Source: Macrostomum lignano (Eukaryota). Taken from it: a stretch of DNA of 64,000 bases. Location: positions 1 through 64,000 of the forward strand of contig NIVC01002306.1 of assembly GCA_002269645.1 (NCBI GenBank), in the 5' to 3' direction. How positions within the stretch are numbered: position 1 is the first letter of the stretch; every line of letters starts with the position of its first letter. Shown one piece after another: positions 25,683-38,284 of this stretch. The notes under the pieces were generated by a model, which saw only the letters and a list, made by a program, of their open reading frames with translations, searched no databases and was not told the DNA's origin. Made by a program: the position numbers and the translations under genes.

Positions 25683-27067
25683 AAATCTTGCAGACTCCAT
25701 TAGCTCGTACTATTTAAATTAAAATGCATTTGAGAAGTGGCTATTTGCTTTTAATATCTAATCAATCAAAACTATTGTACTATTATATATTGTACAAGTA
25801 ATTTTTTGCGCCCCATAAAGCCGGAATCTGAGGGCATATCACCCAAGCTTCTTGATAAGGACATTGTGAGATATAGTATAGCATACGGCTATCATGTGAT
25901 CACGTCAGATGCTGCAAAATTGGGATTGGAATATGAACCCGTATGGGACAGGGCAGGGTAAAATTTTAAGCACTAATGGTGTAGTTTTATGGCTTGTTTT
26001 TGGCATAGAACGGGTAGCGAATGCAGAGCGGACTTATTTATTCTAGTTTCCTTCGGCTATAAGGGGGCGGGGGGCTAAACACTTATTCTGACTAGAGCGA
26101 CTAAGTCGCACTGTTCTCTCTGTATCTCATCTATACTCAAAACCTCACTGAAGAGCTCAGTTCTAACGCTAACACAATACCGGCGTAGAATTTTTATATG
26201 CTGCCTGGCACTTGCAAGGCTAGAGTTGAGTTGAATTTAATGAGACCAGTTAATTAGCCTGTATATGGTTAAATGTCTAATGCTACGAGCGTACTGGGTA
26301 GACCACCCACTGAGGCAACAGAAACCGACTTGTTGTCAGACTTAAGATTATAGATAAAGCGGCTTCAGAATTATCACACGAAGCCATAAAGCTCGTATTG
26401 CATTTTCATGTTTGGTGCTGGTGGCATGGCGAAGAGAGGAGTGGAAGAGAATTTATCGATTAGCTTAGACCCCAGCAACTGTGGAAATCTGGGACGGCAT
26501 CTCTTAACCCCCCACTTTAGAGCCAAGTGAAGTGGGGGGTTGGTGGCTCACTGCATGAGTAAAAGCGTGTGGAAACGTTGGCTAGAAATAACTATGGCTA
26601 CCCCTTCCCCCACACACAAACTCTCTGCTCTCTCTCTCTCTCCACATCCCTGTCTCTGTCTGTCTCGCCTCCCGCAGCCTTTTCAAATCGCCCAGACAAG
26701 TAAACAGTGTAAAAATACAATATGGTACTAAATTGTTTTTTATTCGACAATACTCTGAAGCAAGGGTCTTGTCAGTGCTTATTATTTTCCGTAGTTGAGG
26801 ACAATGTGACAAGGACTCTAAGGCATTATCATCAACGTATTACTGTTTAAATAAGATCTAACACGAACCGAAATTTTTAACTACGAATCAAGATAGTTCG
26901 AGTAGCTCGAATATTGACAAATCAGCGTTGAGGGCTTCTCCTATATGCATGTAGAGCATATGAATGCATGCAGAGGAGATGACAGGAGAGGAGAAGAGGA
27001 GAGGAGAGGAGAGGTGAGGTGAGGTGAGGAGAGGTGAGGTGAGGAGAGGAGGAGAGCAGAGCAGAGG

Positions 27068-27532
27068 CTTGGTCTCCTCCTCTCCTCAGCGCCGAGACAT
27101 GGACCCTGACGGACGCCTTGGAGAGGCAGCTGGACGCTGCGCATGCGGCAATGCTGCGTGCGGCTTTCGGAGTGCGCAGCGGCCCAGGCAGCGAGACCAA
27201 TGCCGCGGTCTACACTAGGGCGCGCCTGACGCGGCCTTCTGACCTGCTGCGCGGCGGCGACTTCGACTGGCTGGCCACGTCATCCGGTCGGAGGCCCGCT
27301 GTCCTGAGCCGCTACACGACGTGCTGCTGCTCAAGCTGCAGGGACCGCGGAGGCGAGGCCAAGGGCGAACGGTGCGATACCCTGACCGACTTCTGAGTGA
27401 CGCTGGCGCCCCGGACCAAGCAGGGGGATGCGACTTCCTGAGGGCAATGGCCCAGAGACGCGCTTTCTGACTGCTCCCCCCTTTCTGGCTACTGCGTGGC
27501 CGGCGGGAGCAGTACCTTGTTGTTGTTGTTGT
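27068..27532 (+). mobile_element. 5'-truncated RTE-clade LINE
   Basis: Encodes LLSAETWTLT...LD...MLR...TN..VY...RRRLRLAGHVIR...RRRGQGR (RTE ORF C-terminus, one frameshift); 3' stem ctgctccc/gggagcag; (TTG)n tail; 10-bp TSD AGAGCAGAGG (27058-27067 and 27533-27542). Confidence 0.85.
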
Positions 27533-28317
27533 AGAGCAGAGGAGAAACGGGAGAGAGGAGAGGGAAAATGGAATAGAGAAAATTAGAGAAGAGAGCAGAG
27601 AAGAGACACAAACGTTGAGAGCGGGCCGGATTGCCATTGTGAAGTTTCAAAGGACCCAAGGCGGGTCGGAGTTTTCCGACCTATGGAAAAAAACAAGCAA
27701 TCAAAGCCTTAAATGGCCCTTATGGCAAAAATTAAACAATAAATGGTCACATCAGCAACTATTTTGAGGACACATAGTTTGCGTTCTGTTTTGCTTATTG
27801 TTTATTAGACAAGTAGACACATTTCAGTAGTCACCCTTCGTTTTGCTTCAACAGCAGCATTGCTGGAAAACTGCAAACGTGTATACCAGCGTAAATACGC
27901 CGACTCGCTACCTAGGAGCATTAATAATAAGTTAATGGATGAGGAACTATAGAATCTTACGCTTCTATTGCTTGTTTATTTGAAAAAAAGCTAATTGATT
28001 GTGCATTTTAAAATCATTGCATTTTAAAATCGCTTAATCAATATTAGTTACAGTATCTAGATCCTGATGGATCGTCATTTTTATAATAGAAAAAAACAAT
28101 TTAGCTTTCAATTGTACTTTTTATTAGTTCAATATTCAGTAGAAATATTTATAGTACACTACCTTTAATGTACAGTGCGATTTATTTTTAGCAACACGCT
28201 TAGACTTCACTATTTTTTTTAACTAAAACTAGTGGTTGTGGTCGCCTTCTATCTCTTATCCAATAACAAGCTTGTTCAACTTTTATTTGATAGTGTTCTA
28301 ATTCTCACTCTAAACAG

Positions 28318-28327
28318 TATATATAAA
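28318..28327 (+). promoter_or_regulatory. TATA-like box upstream of the repeat-protein gene
   Basis: TATATATAAA about 90 bp before the ATG; the region is AT-rich, so specificity is low. Confidence 0.3.
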
Positions 28328-28416
28328 GCCTTACCTAAATATCGCACACTTGGCATAGAACGCTAAACGTTTTACAAAGAAAGAATATTTACAGTTGACT
28401 AAAGATTAACCTTAAA

Positions 28417-30238
28417 ATGGCCGAGGGCGGTGGAGAAGAGGATTATTTCCCTGGAAGAGTTAGCACCTCACAGCAGGCCTCGCCGGCACAGTCCATAACC
28501 TCTCTGTCCCGTTCAGTGCAAGATATTGTTACCTACAGCCTCGAGACGGGCGAATCCGCAATACCAGAGCCCATTGCTCAGAGTTCTGCATCGGGCATCG
28601 AGCACCAAATGGAGGAGACTGACCATTCGTTAGCTCGGAGCTCTGCACCGGGCATCGAGCACCAAATGGAGGAGACTGACCATTCGTTAGCTCGGAGCTC
28701 TGCACCGGGCATCGAGCACCAAATGGAGGAGACTGACCATTCGTTAGCTCGGAGCTCTGCACCGGGCATCGAGAACCAAATGGAGGAGACTGACCATTCG
28801 TTAGCTCGGAGTTCTGCACCGGGCATCGAGCACCAAATGGAGGAGACTGACCATTCGTTAGCTCGGAGCTCTGCACCGGGCATCGAGCACCAAATGGAGG
28901 AGACTGACCATTCGTTAGCTCGGAGCTCTGCACCGGGCATCGAGCACCAAATGGAGGAGACTGACCATTCGTTAGCTCGGAGTTCTGCACCGGGCATCGA
29001 GAACCAAATGGAGGAGCCTGACCATTCGTTAGCTCGGAGCTCTGCACCGGGCATCGAGCACCAAATGGAGGAGCCTGACCATTCGTTAGCTCGGAGCTCT
29101 GCACCGGGCATCGAGCACCAAATGGAGGAGACTGACCATTCGTTAGCTCGGAGCTCTGCACCGGGCATCGAGAACCAAATGGAGGAGACTGACCATTCGT
29201 TAGCTCGGAGCTCTGCACCGGGCATCGAGCACCAAATGGAGGAGACTGACCATTCGTTAGCTCGGAGTTCTGCACCGGGCATCGAGCACCAAATGGAGGA
29301 GACTGACTATTCGTTAGCTCGGAGCTCTGCACCGGGCATCGAGCACCAAATGGAGGAGACTGACCATTCGTTAGCTCGGAGTTCTGCACCGGGCATCGAG
29401 AACCAAATGGAGGAGCCTGACCATTCGTTAGCTCGGAGCTCTGCACCGGGCATCGAGCACCAAATGGAGGAGCCTGACCATTCGTTAGCTCGGAGCTCTG
29501 CACCGGGCATCGAGAACCAAATGGAGGAGCCTGACCATTCGTTAGCTCGGAGTTCTGCAGACTGGAGGAGCCTGACCATTCGTTAGCTCGGAGCTCTGCA
29601 CCGGGCATCGAGCACCAAATGGAGGAGCCTGACCATTCGTTAGCTCGGAGTTCTGCACCGTGCATCGAAGTTGAGGTGGAGGAGCAGCCAAAATGTTTGG
29701 CAACTCAGAGTTCTGCAGCCAGCATGGAGCTTAATCAAGAAGCGGCTTCAGTTTCGCAAGATCCGACCACTACAGTTTCAAGAACAGAGTGCCAGGCAGA
29801 GGAGGCTGCGCCTGAGTTGGTCGATGTACCAAACCCGAGTGGAGATGTTTCAGCAATCGAAGGGGATTGCCCACGCCCAGAGATTAGTTGCATCATACTT
29901 ACGAACGAAACGTCAAGCAGCTCATCAACATCTGTAGATTCTAGCCATCCAGTTTTGAAACTCAATCACTCTTCCAGCGTGCCGAATGCGAAACAACTGA
30001 AAATAACTGAAAGAGATGAACGGCCACCTGCTTCACGGAAGGGTGCTGACGAAACTTCCAGCAACAGTCCCGAAGTAGCTGGGATTAAGCTGAAATTGGA
30101 GCAGTTGCCAAAACCCATCAATTCCAACCAACACCCAGAGTTGGTTGTCGCTCGGGTTGAACGCTTTGAACAGCGTTCGTTGCCGCACCCAGAGAAGCAG
30201 CAGCAGCTGAGTTCAAGCCTAACGCAGATTGCAAAAGG
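28417..30238 (+). CDS. Acidic, probably disordered repeat protein, exon 1 (contains the 19-aa repeat; apparent -16 nt frameshift near 29560)
   Basis: aaaATGG start; ORF 28417..29586 continues in ORF 29619..30242 after one truncated repeat unit; donor GG|gtaaaa at 30239. Confidence 0.7.
28594..29660 (+). repeat. 57-bp coding tandem repeat, about 19 units (GIEHQMEETDHSLARSSAP)
   Basis: Units start at 28594, 28651, 28708 and so on; variation is essentially limited to cac/aac, act/cct and agc/agt. Confidence 0.97.
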
Positions 30239-30338
30239 GTAAAAAATTTGCTGTTAATTTTTTAGGGGTTCTCTCGAATTGAATACTTTTTCTTTAGCTA
30301 TCAAAATAATTTATCATATAGCTTGTCTTGTATTGTAG

Positions 30339-30545
30339 ACAAGACGGAATGGAACAAACTGACCAGAATACAACGACAAAAAGCGCTCAGAGCAGCTCCG
30401 TATCGTCGACTAGCGCCGCCACTGCATCATCTGCTTCGGCCGAGGGTTTGCAATTGCCCGACTGTCCTGATACGCAAGACCTAGTACCAGACGCGTTGTT
30501 TGACGAGCCAAGTGACCAACAGCTAAACTGCGAGACACCAACCTG
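30339..30545 (+). CDS. Repeat protein, exon 2
   Basis: ttgtag acceptor; phase 2-2; open frame (G)QDGMEQTDQNTT...CETPT; donor TG|gtgagt. Confidence 0.75.
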
Positions 30546-30822
30546 GTGAGTCTGAGATAGGGTAATTATTTCACAAGCACTAACCATGTATTACATGCTC
30601 GTAATTTTACAAGTCTATTCCGGAATGCGGTTGAAAACCATAAATTTCTATTAGCAGCGTTCTATTAGTTTGATCATGCTCGTCGACTCTCTGAAAGTCT
30701 TAAGGTTTATGAAAGTGCATGGATGCTAGTCGGTTAGGCCTAGACGTTGCGAAAATGAAGCTTTGTGACGAAAGCACCTGTTTGGCCACCTGAACTGATA
30801 AAGACTCTCAAACTGTTTGTAG

Positions 30823-31147
30823 CGCTGGCGGCGGCTCCGGCCTACCGCTAGCTCAGGAAGACTCGGCTGACGGCTTGGCCAACGTCATAGATGAGCCAGC
30901 GGAAGACGAAGCCCAGCGGCAGTCGTTGCTGCGCGGTTACGACAGTCTGCCTTCGGTCATGAACGCAGAAGCAGTCAACTGGCAGCTCAGCAGACGCGGT
31001 CATCAAAGGCAGTTTCAACTACAGCATAACAATCAAGATGAAGAGCAGCAACGGCCAAGACCAATAGCGACTCGAATCTGGCTTCGGCTGCGGCATCTGT
31101 GCAACTCATACAGCTGCCTTGGGCAACGAATCAACGTGGAAGATTAG
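30823..31147 (+). CDS. Repeat protein, terminal exon 3
   Basis: tttgtag acceptor, phase 2, in frame with ORF 30875..31147 (CAGGGSGLPLAQEDSADG...RINVED*). Confidence 0.7.
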
Positions 31148-31459
31148 TAGTCGTTTCAAAGATATCTCATATCGTAATTACTTTCAAACAGCATTTGTCC
31201 TTCCCTATCTGTTGAATATCGCATTGTAGATAGTCTTTTACTAGGGAGGATCCACGGCTTAGTGGTCTAGAGCCCTACCGAAATTAGCGGAATGGGCGAC
31301 GCTCACCTCCCCGCTGCGTCCTCGGACCGCCCTGCAGCAGCCCTACCGAAATACGAGAAATTGACTCACCTGCATGATTGATGCCCCCCAGAGACAGCTT
31401 TTTTAAGGAGAGCCACCTCCTTAGCCCAGTACGTGTTGCACTACCTTTTGTTATACCCT

Positions 31460-32363
31460 CAAGGCGGCGCCCTGTGCTCCTTCAGTGTGACGCCCCTGTG
31501 GTACTTTAGTGTGACGCCCCTGTGTTTCTTCAGTGTGGCGCCCCTGTGCTCCTTCAGTGTGACGCCCCTGTGGTACTTTAGTGTGACGCCCCTGTGTTAC
31601 TTCAGTGTGGCACCCGTGTTCCTTCAGTGTGACGCCCCCTGTGTTGCGTCCACGGTGTGGCAGCCCTATATTGTATCCTCAGTGTAACATCCCTTGTATA
31701 TTGTGTTTTTCATAGAAATGTATCTATCTCTATCACTATATAACTTTAGCTCGTATAATGCAATTTTACCTTTTACAATTCACAGAACGCACTTTCCATT
31801 CTACGCATTTTGCTCCATTTAATGTCTATACAATAGCAAACAAACTGCACGGAAGACCTATGCTAAAATATAGGCCATAGCTATATGATTAAAAAGTATG
31901 CTGTCCTCATTGTCCAAGTGTGGCGCCCTCTGTATTGTCCTCAATGTGGCGGCCTTGTGCTGTGTCCTTAGTGTGGCGCCCTCTGTATTTTGTCCTCAGT
32001 GTGGCGCCCTCTGTATTTTGTCCTCAATGTGGCGGCCCTTGTGCTGTGTCCTCAGTGTGGCGCCCTCTGTATTTTGTCCTCAATGTGGCGGCCCTTGTGC
32101 TGTGTCCTCAGTGTGGCGCCCTCTGTATTTTGTCCTCAGTGTGGCGCCCTCTGTATTTTGTCCTCAATGTGGCGGCCCTTGTGCTGTGTCCTCAGTGTGG
32201 CGCCCTCTGTATTTTGTCCTCAGTGTGGCGGCCCTTGTGCTGTGTTCTCAGTGTGGCGCCCTCTGTATTTTGTCCTCAGTGTGGCGGCCCTTGTGCTGTG
32301 TCCTCAGTGTGGCGCCCTCTGTATTTTGTCCTCAGTGTGGCGCCCTCTGTATTTTGTCCTCAG
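31460..32363. repeat. 25-28-bp cagtgtggcgccctctgtattttgtcct arrays running into the gap
   Basis: Degenerate block at 31460-31690 and homogeneous block at 31915-32363; unique to the centre. Confidence 0.93.
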
Positions 32364-33133
32364 NNNNNNNNNNNNNNNNNNNNNNNNNNNNNNNNNNNNN
32401 NNNNNNNNNNNNNNNNNNNNNNNNNNNNNNNNNNNNNNNNNNNNNNNNNNNNNNNNNNNNNNNNNNNNNNNNNNNNNNNNNNNNNNNNNNNNNNNNNNNN
32501 NNNNNNNNNNNNNNNNNNNNNNNNNNNNNNNNNNNNNNNNNNNNNNNNNNNNNNNNNNNNNNNNNNNNNNNNNNNNNNNNNNNNNNNNNNNNNNNNNNNN
32601 NNNNNNNNNNNNNNNNNNNNNNNNNNNNNNNNNNNNNNNNNNNNNNNNNNNNNNNNNNNNNNNNNNNNNNNNNNNNNNNNNNNNNNNNNNNNNNNNNNNN
32701 NNNNNNNNNNNNNNNNNNNNNNNNNNNNNNNNNNNNNNNNNNNNNNNNNNNNNNNNNNNNNNNNNNNNNNNNNNNNNNNNNNNNNNNNNNNNNNNNNNNN
32801 NNNNNNNNNNNNNNNNNNNNNNNNNNNNNNNNNNNNNNNNNNNNNNNNNNNNNNNNNNNNNNNNNNNNNNNNNNNNNNNNNNNNNNNNNNNNNNNNNNNN
32901 NNNNNNNNNNNNNNNNNNNNNNNNNNNNNNNNNNNNNNNNNNNNNNNNNNNNNNNNNNNNNNNNNNNNNNNNNNNNNNNNNNNNNNNNNNNNNNNNNNNN
33001 NNNNNNNNNNNNNNNNNNNNNNNNNNNNNNNNNNNNNNNNNNNNNNNNNNNNNNNNNNNNNNNNNNNNNNNNNNNNNNNNNNNNNNNNNNNNNNNNNNNN
33101 NNNNNNNNNNNNNNNNNNNNNNNNNNNNNNNNN
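32364..33133. other. Assembly gap (770 N)
   Basis: Run of N flanked by a 28-bp tandem array on the left and the inverted 57-bp array on the right. Confidence 1.
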
Positions 33134-34102
33134 GCCCGGTGCAGAGCTCGAGCTAACGAATGGTCAGTCTCCTCCATTTGGTCTCGATGCCCGTGTGCAG
33201 AACTCCGAGCTAACGAATGGTCAGTCTCCTCCATTTGGTCCTCGATGCCCGGTGCAGAGCTCCGAGCTAAAGAATGTCAGTCTCCTCCATTTGGTCTCGA
33301 TGCGCGGTGCAGAGCTCGAGCTAACGAATGGTCAGTCTCCTCATTTGGTCTCGATGCCCGGTGCAGAGCTCCGAGCTAACGAATGGTCAGTCTCCTCCAT
33401 TTGGTCTCGATGCCCGGTGCAGAGCTCCGAGCTAACGAATGGTAGTCTCCTCCATTTGGTGCTCGATGGCCCGGTGCAGAGCTCGCGCGAGCTAACGAAT
33501 GGTCAAGTCTCCTCCATTTGGTGCTCGATGCCGCGTGCAGAACTCCGAGCTAACGAATGTCAGTCTCCTCATTTGGTGCTCGATGCCGGTGCAGAGCTCC
33601 GAGCTAACGAATGGTCAGTCTCCTCCATTTGGTGCTCGATGCCCGGTGCAGAGCTCCGAGCTAACGAATGGTCCAGTCTCCTCCATTTGGTGCTCGATGC
33701 CCGGTGCAGAACTCCGAGCTAACGAATGGTCAGTCTCCTCCATTTGGTCTCGATGCCCGGTGCAGAGCTCCGAGCTAACGAATGGTCAGTCTCCTCCATT
33801 TGGTCTCCGATGCCCGTGCAGAGCTCCGAGCTAACGAATGGTCAGTCTCCTCCTCCATTTGGTGCTCGATGCCCGTGCAGAGCTGGCCGAGCTAACGAAT
33901 GGTCAGTCTCCTCCATTTGGTGCTCGATGCCCGATGCAGAAGAGCAATGGGCTGTGGTATTGCGGATTCGCCGTCTCGAGGCTGTAGGTAACAATATCTT
34001 GCACTGAACGGGACAGAGAGGTTATGGACTGTGCCGGCGAGGCCTGCTGTGAGGTGCTAACTCTTCCAGGGAAATAATCCTCTTCTCCACGCCCTCGGCC
34101 AT
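33134..34102 (-). pseudogene. Inverted, gap-truncated, error-rich copy of repeat-protein exon 1
   Basis: ATG at 34102-34100, then 57-bp units with scattered 1-nt indels. These are probably consensus errors rather than true decay. Confidence 0.55.
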
Positions 34103-34985
34103 TTTAAGGTTATCTTTTAGTCAACTGTAAATATTCTTTCTTTCTAAAACGTTTAGCGTTCTAATGCCAAGTGTGCGATATTTAGGTATGGCTTTATATA
34201 CTGTTTTAGAGTGAGAATGAGAACACTATCAAATAAAAGTTGAACAAGCTTGTTATTGGATAAGAGATAGAAGGCGACCCAACCACTAGTTTTAGTTCAG
34301 AAAAAATAGTAAAGTCTAAGCGTGTTGCTAAAAATAAAATCGCACTGTACATTAAAGGTAGTGTACTATAAATAATTTCTACTGAATATTGAACTAATAA
34401 AAATACAATGAAAGCTAAATTGTTTTTTTCTATTTATAAAATGACGATCCATCAGGATCTAGATACTGTAACTAATATTGATTAAGCGATTTTAAAACGC
34501 AATGATTTTAAAATGCACAATCAATTAGCTTTTTTTCAAATAACAAGCAATAGAAGCGTAAGATTCTATGTTCCTCATCCATTAACTTATTATTAATGCT
34601 CCTAGGTAGCGAGTCGGCGTATTTACGCTGGTATACACGTTTTGCAGTTTTCCAGCAATGCTGCTGTTGAAGCAAAACGAAGGGTGACTACTGAAATGTG
34701 TCTACTTGTCTAATAAACAATAAGCAAAACAGAACGCAAACTATGTGTCCTCAAAATAGTTGCTGATGTGACCATTTATTGTTTAATTTTTGCCATAAGG
34801 GCCATTTAAGGCTTTGATTGCTTGTTTTTTTCCATAGGTCGGAAAACTCCGACCCGCCTTGGGTCCTTTGAAACTTCACAATGGCAATCCGGCCCGCTCT
34901 CAACGTTTGTGTCTCTTCTCTGCTCTCTTCTCTAATTTTCTCTATTCCATTTTCCCTCTCCTCTCTCCCGTTTCTCCTCTGCTCT

Positions 34986-35447
34986 ACAACAACAACAACA
35001 AGGTACTGCTCCCGCCGGCCACGCAGTAGCCAGAAAGGGGGGAGCAGTCAGAAAGCGCGTCTCTGGGCCATTGCCCTCAGGAAGTCGCATCCCCCTGCTT
35101 GGTCCGGGGCGCCAGCGTCACTCAGAAGTCGGTCAGGGTATCGCACCGTTCGCCTTGGCCTCGCCTCCGCGGTCCCTGCAGCTTGAGCAGCAGCACGTCG
35201 TGTAGCGGCTCAGGACAGCGGGCCTCCGACCGGATGACGTGGCCAGCCAGTCGAAGTCGCCGCCGCGCAGCAGGTCAGAAGGCCGCGTCAGGCGCGCCCT
35301 AGTGTAGACCGCGGCATTGGTCTCGCTGCTGGGCCGCTGCGCACTCCGAAAGCCGCACGCAGCATTGCCGCATGCGCAGCGTCCAGCTGCCTCTCAAGGC
35401 GTCCGTCAGGGTCCATGTCTCGGCGCTGAGGAGAGGAGGAGACCAAG
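34986..35447 (-). mobile_element. RTE LINE fragment, right-arm copy
   Basis: Mirror copy with TSD cctctgctct at 34976-34985 and 35448-35457. Confidence 0.85.
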
Positions 35448-38284
35448 CCTCTGCTCTGCTCTCCTCCTCTCCTCACCTCACCTCTCCTCACCTCACCTCA
35501 CCTCTCCTCTCCTCTCCTCTTCTCCTCTCCTGTCATCTCCTCTGCATGCATTCATATGCTCTACATGCATATAGGAGAAGCCCTCAACGCTGATTTGTCA
35601 ATATTCGAGCTACTCGAACTATCTTGATTCGTAGTTAAAAATTTCGGTTCGTGTTAGATCTTATTTAAACAGTAATACGTTGATGATAATGCCTTAGAGT
35701 CCTTGTCACATTGTCCTCAACTACGGAAAATAATAAGCACTGACAAGACCCTTGCTTCAGAGTATTGTCGAATAAAAAACAATTTAGTACCATATTGTAT
35801 TTTTACACTGTTTACTTGTCTGGGCGATTTGAAAAGGCTGCGGGAGGCGAGACAGACAGAGACAGGGATGTGGAGAGAGAGAGAGAGCAGAGAGTTTGTG
35901 TGTGGGGGAAGGGGTAGCCATAGTTATTTCTAGCCAACGTTTCCACACGCTTTTACTCATGCAGTGAGCCACCAACCCCCACTTCACTTGGCTCTAAAGT
36001 GGGGGTTAAGAGATGCCGTCCCAGATTTCCACAGTTGCTGGGGTCTAAGCTAATCGATAAATTCTCTTCCACTCCTCTCTTCGCCATGCCACCAGCACCA
36101 AACATGAAAATGCAATACGAGCTTTATGGCTTCGTGTGATAATTCTGAAGCCGCTTTATCTATAATCTTAAGTCTGACAACAAGTCGGTTTCTGTTGCCT
36201 CAGTGGGTGGTCTACCCAGTACGCTCGTAGCATTAGACATTTAACCATATACAGGCTAATTAACTGGTCTCATTAAATTCAACTCAACTCTAGCCTTGCA
36301 AGTGCCAGGCAGCATATAAAAATTCTACGCCGGTATTGTGTTAGCGTTAGAACTGAGCTCTTCAGTGAGGTTTTGAGTATAGATGAGATACAGAGAGAAC
36401 AGTGCGACTTAGTCGCTCTAGTCAGAATAAGTGTTTAGCCCCCCGCCCCCTTATAGCCGAAGGAAACTAGAATAAATAAGTCCGCTCTGCATTCGCTACC
36501 CGTTCTATGCCAAAAACAAGCCATAAAACTACACCATTAGTGCTTAAAATTTTACCCTGCCCTGTCCCATACGGGTTCATATTCCAATCCCAATTTTGCA
36601 GCATCTGACGTGATCACATGATAGCCGTATGCTATACTATATCTCACAATGTCCTTATCAAGAAGCTTGGGTGATATGCCCTCAGATTCCGGCTTTATGG
36701 GGCGCAAAAAATTACTTGTACAATATATAATAGTACAATAGTTTTGATTGATTAGATATTAAAAGCAAATAGCCACTTCTCAAATGCATTTTAATTTAAA
36801 TAGTACGAGCTAATGGAGTCTGCAAGATTTCTAGGCGCCACTCCACGACTGCAGACGCCGCCTGCTTTCTCGACGCTGCTGGCCACCGCTGCCGCCTCCT
36901 CCATCTCCTCCGTTCGAGTCCGGTGAGCCTGTCAGCTCGACGTCGCCGTGGCTTCTTGATCGGGTTCGAGCCAGCACCGGCCGACGCTGATCTGCAGGTC
37001 CGGCTTGAGCTGTCTCGAGCTCCAGCGCAGGCAGCGTGGCGCTCAAGTCCGAGACTTCGCTGCTGAGCCTCGCGTTTTCCATTTTTACAGGAAAATTCGT
37101 CTGCTTAACTTTTAATACTGACTCAATTGACTAAATAATAGGCAAGTCTCATAGGGCAAGTTTCAGCTGCTCTCCTCTTCGGATAATACAAGTGTTTTTC
37201 TATCCCTCATCTTCTCGTTCCATTATCCCTTTCTGCTGAGGCGGACCAAGCAGGGGAGACGAGCGAAGAGAGAACGGAGGGATGTCTGCCAATAAGCGCA
37301 GGCTAAACGTGCGAGTCAGTGAGTGCGAGCAGCCAACCTGTTAATACACACCCAACGCCTCCCCACCCCCCTCAGCGGCCGTTACTGCTTCAACACTTTA
37401 ATTGGTTCAATAGGCTGGCAATCAGACCATGCCTGTCCCGTGACGCCCCCGCGCCCCACCCCACTTGTATCACGGGGTTTAAGCTCAGTTGTCTCTTGAA
37501 AGAATTTGAAGATTAAGCGGCGTTGAAAATGATTCCTCTCTAACCTACTCTCTTCCTCTCTAGCTAGTCGTAAAAAGGGAATTAACTGAAAGCTTTTCAC
37601 AACCCCACCCCCAGCCCCCGCGTTTTCTCGCTCTGCCCCCTGTCAGCGTTTTGGAGTTGCTTTTCTGTGCTTTGCCGCCTAGCGTTGCGCGACCGCGGCT
37701 GGCCCGCCCGCCTGCCTGCCACCCCACCCTTTCGGCTTGTTATTATCTTTACTTTTTCTCTTCTAGCTTCGGGGGCTTAATTTTGCCTGGGTCGGTTTAG
37801 CAAACTATCACTGTAGCCTTTTATCAACAGCAGCGTATTTGGGAAACTGCATCTCTCATACTGATTCTCTATTATAGAAGTGTATGGATTTGCATGTCTT
37901 TAAAGTCTCTGAGTTTTATTTCCAGCCGTGCATTTTCGGATGTTTTTTGAAAGTGAGGGAGCTAAATTTCACATTCCCTAAATCCCAATTTCCCCAACCT
38001 TGCACATTCCCTAAATTGCACATTCCCTAAATTGCACATTCTCTAAAATTCAGTTGATGCACCGTATTCAAGTAAATAATACAACATACACTATTATACA
38101 TGTATTGCTAGTTCAATCGACACTGTGGATCTAGCCATGTGACATTTCTTGATACCTGGAATAGAGGTAGACCGGAGCCAATCCCACAACAAATAGGACT
38201 ATAATTGGTGCAGTTGTTTTGAAAATTTCGTTCCATTCTGAGCCTGAAGCTCCTGGTCTATAGGTAATTCTACTATTTCTATCT

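Noticed and set aside
31898-33722. Long ORFs spanning the centre
   Set aside because: They run through N bases and tandem repeats.
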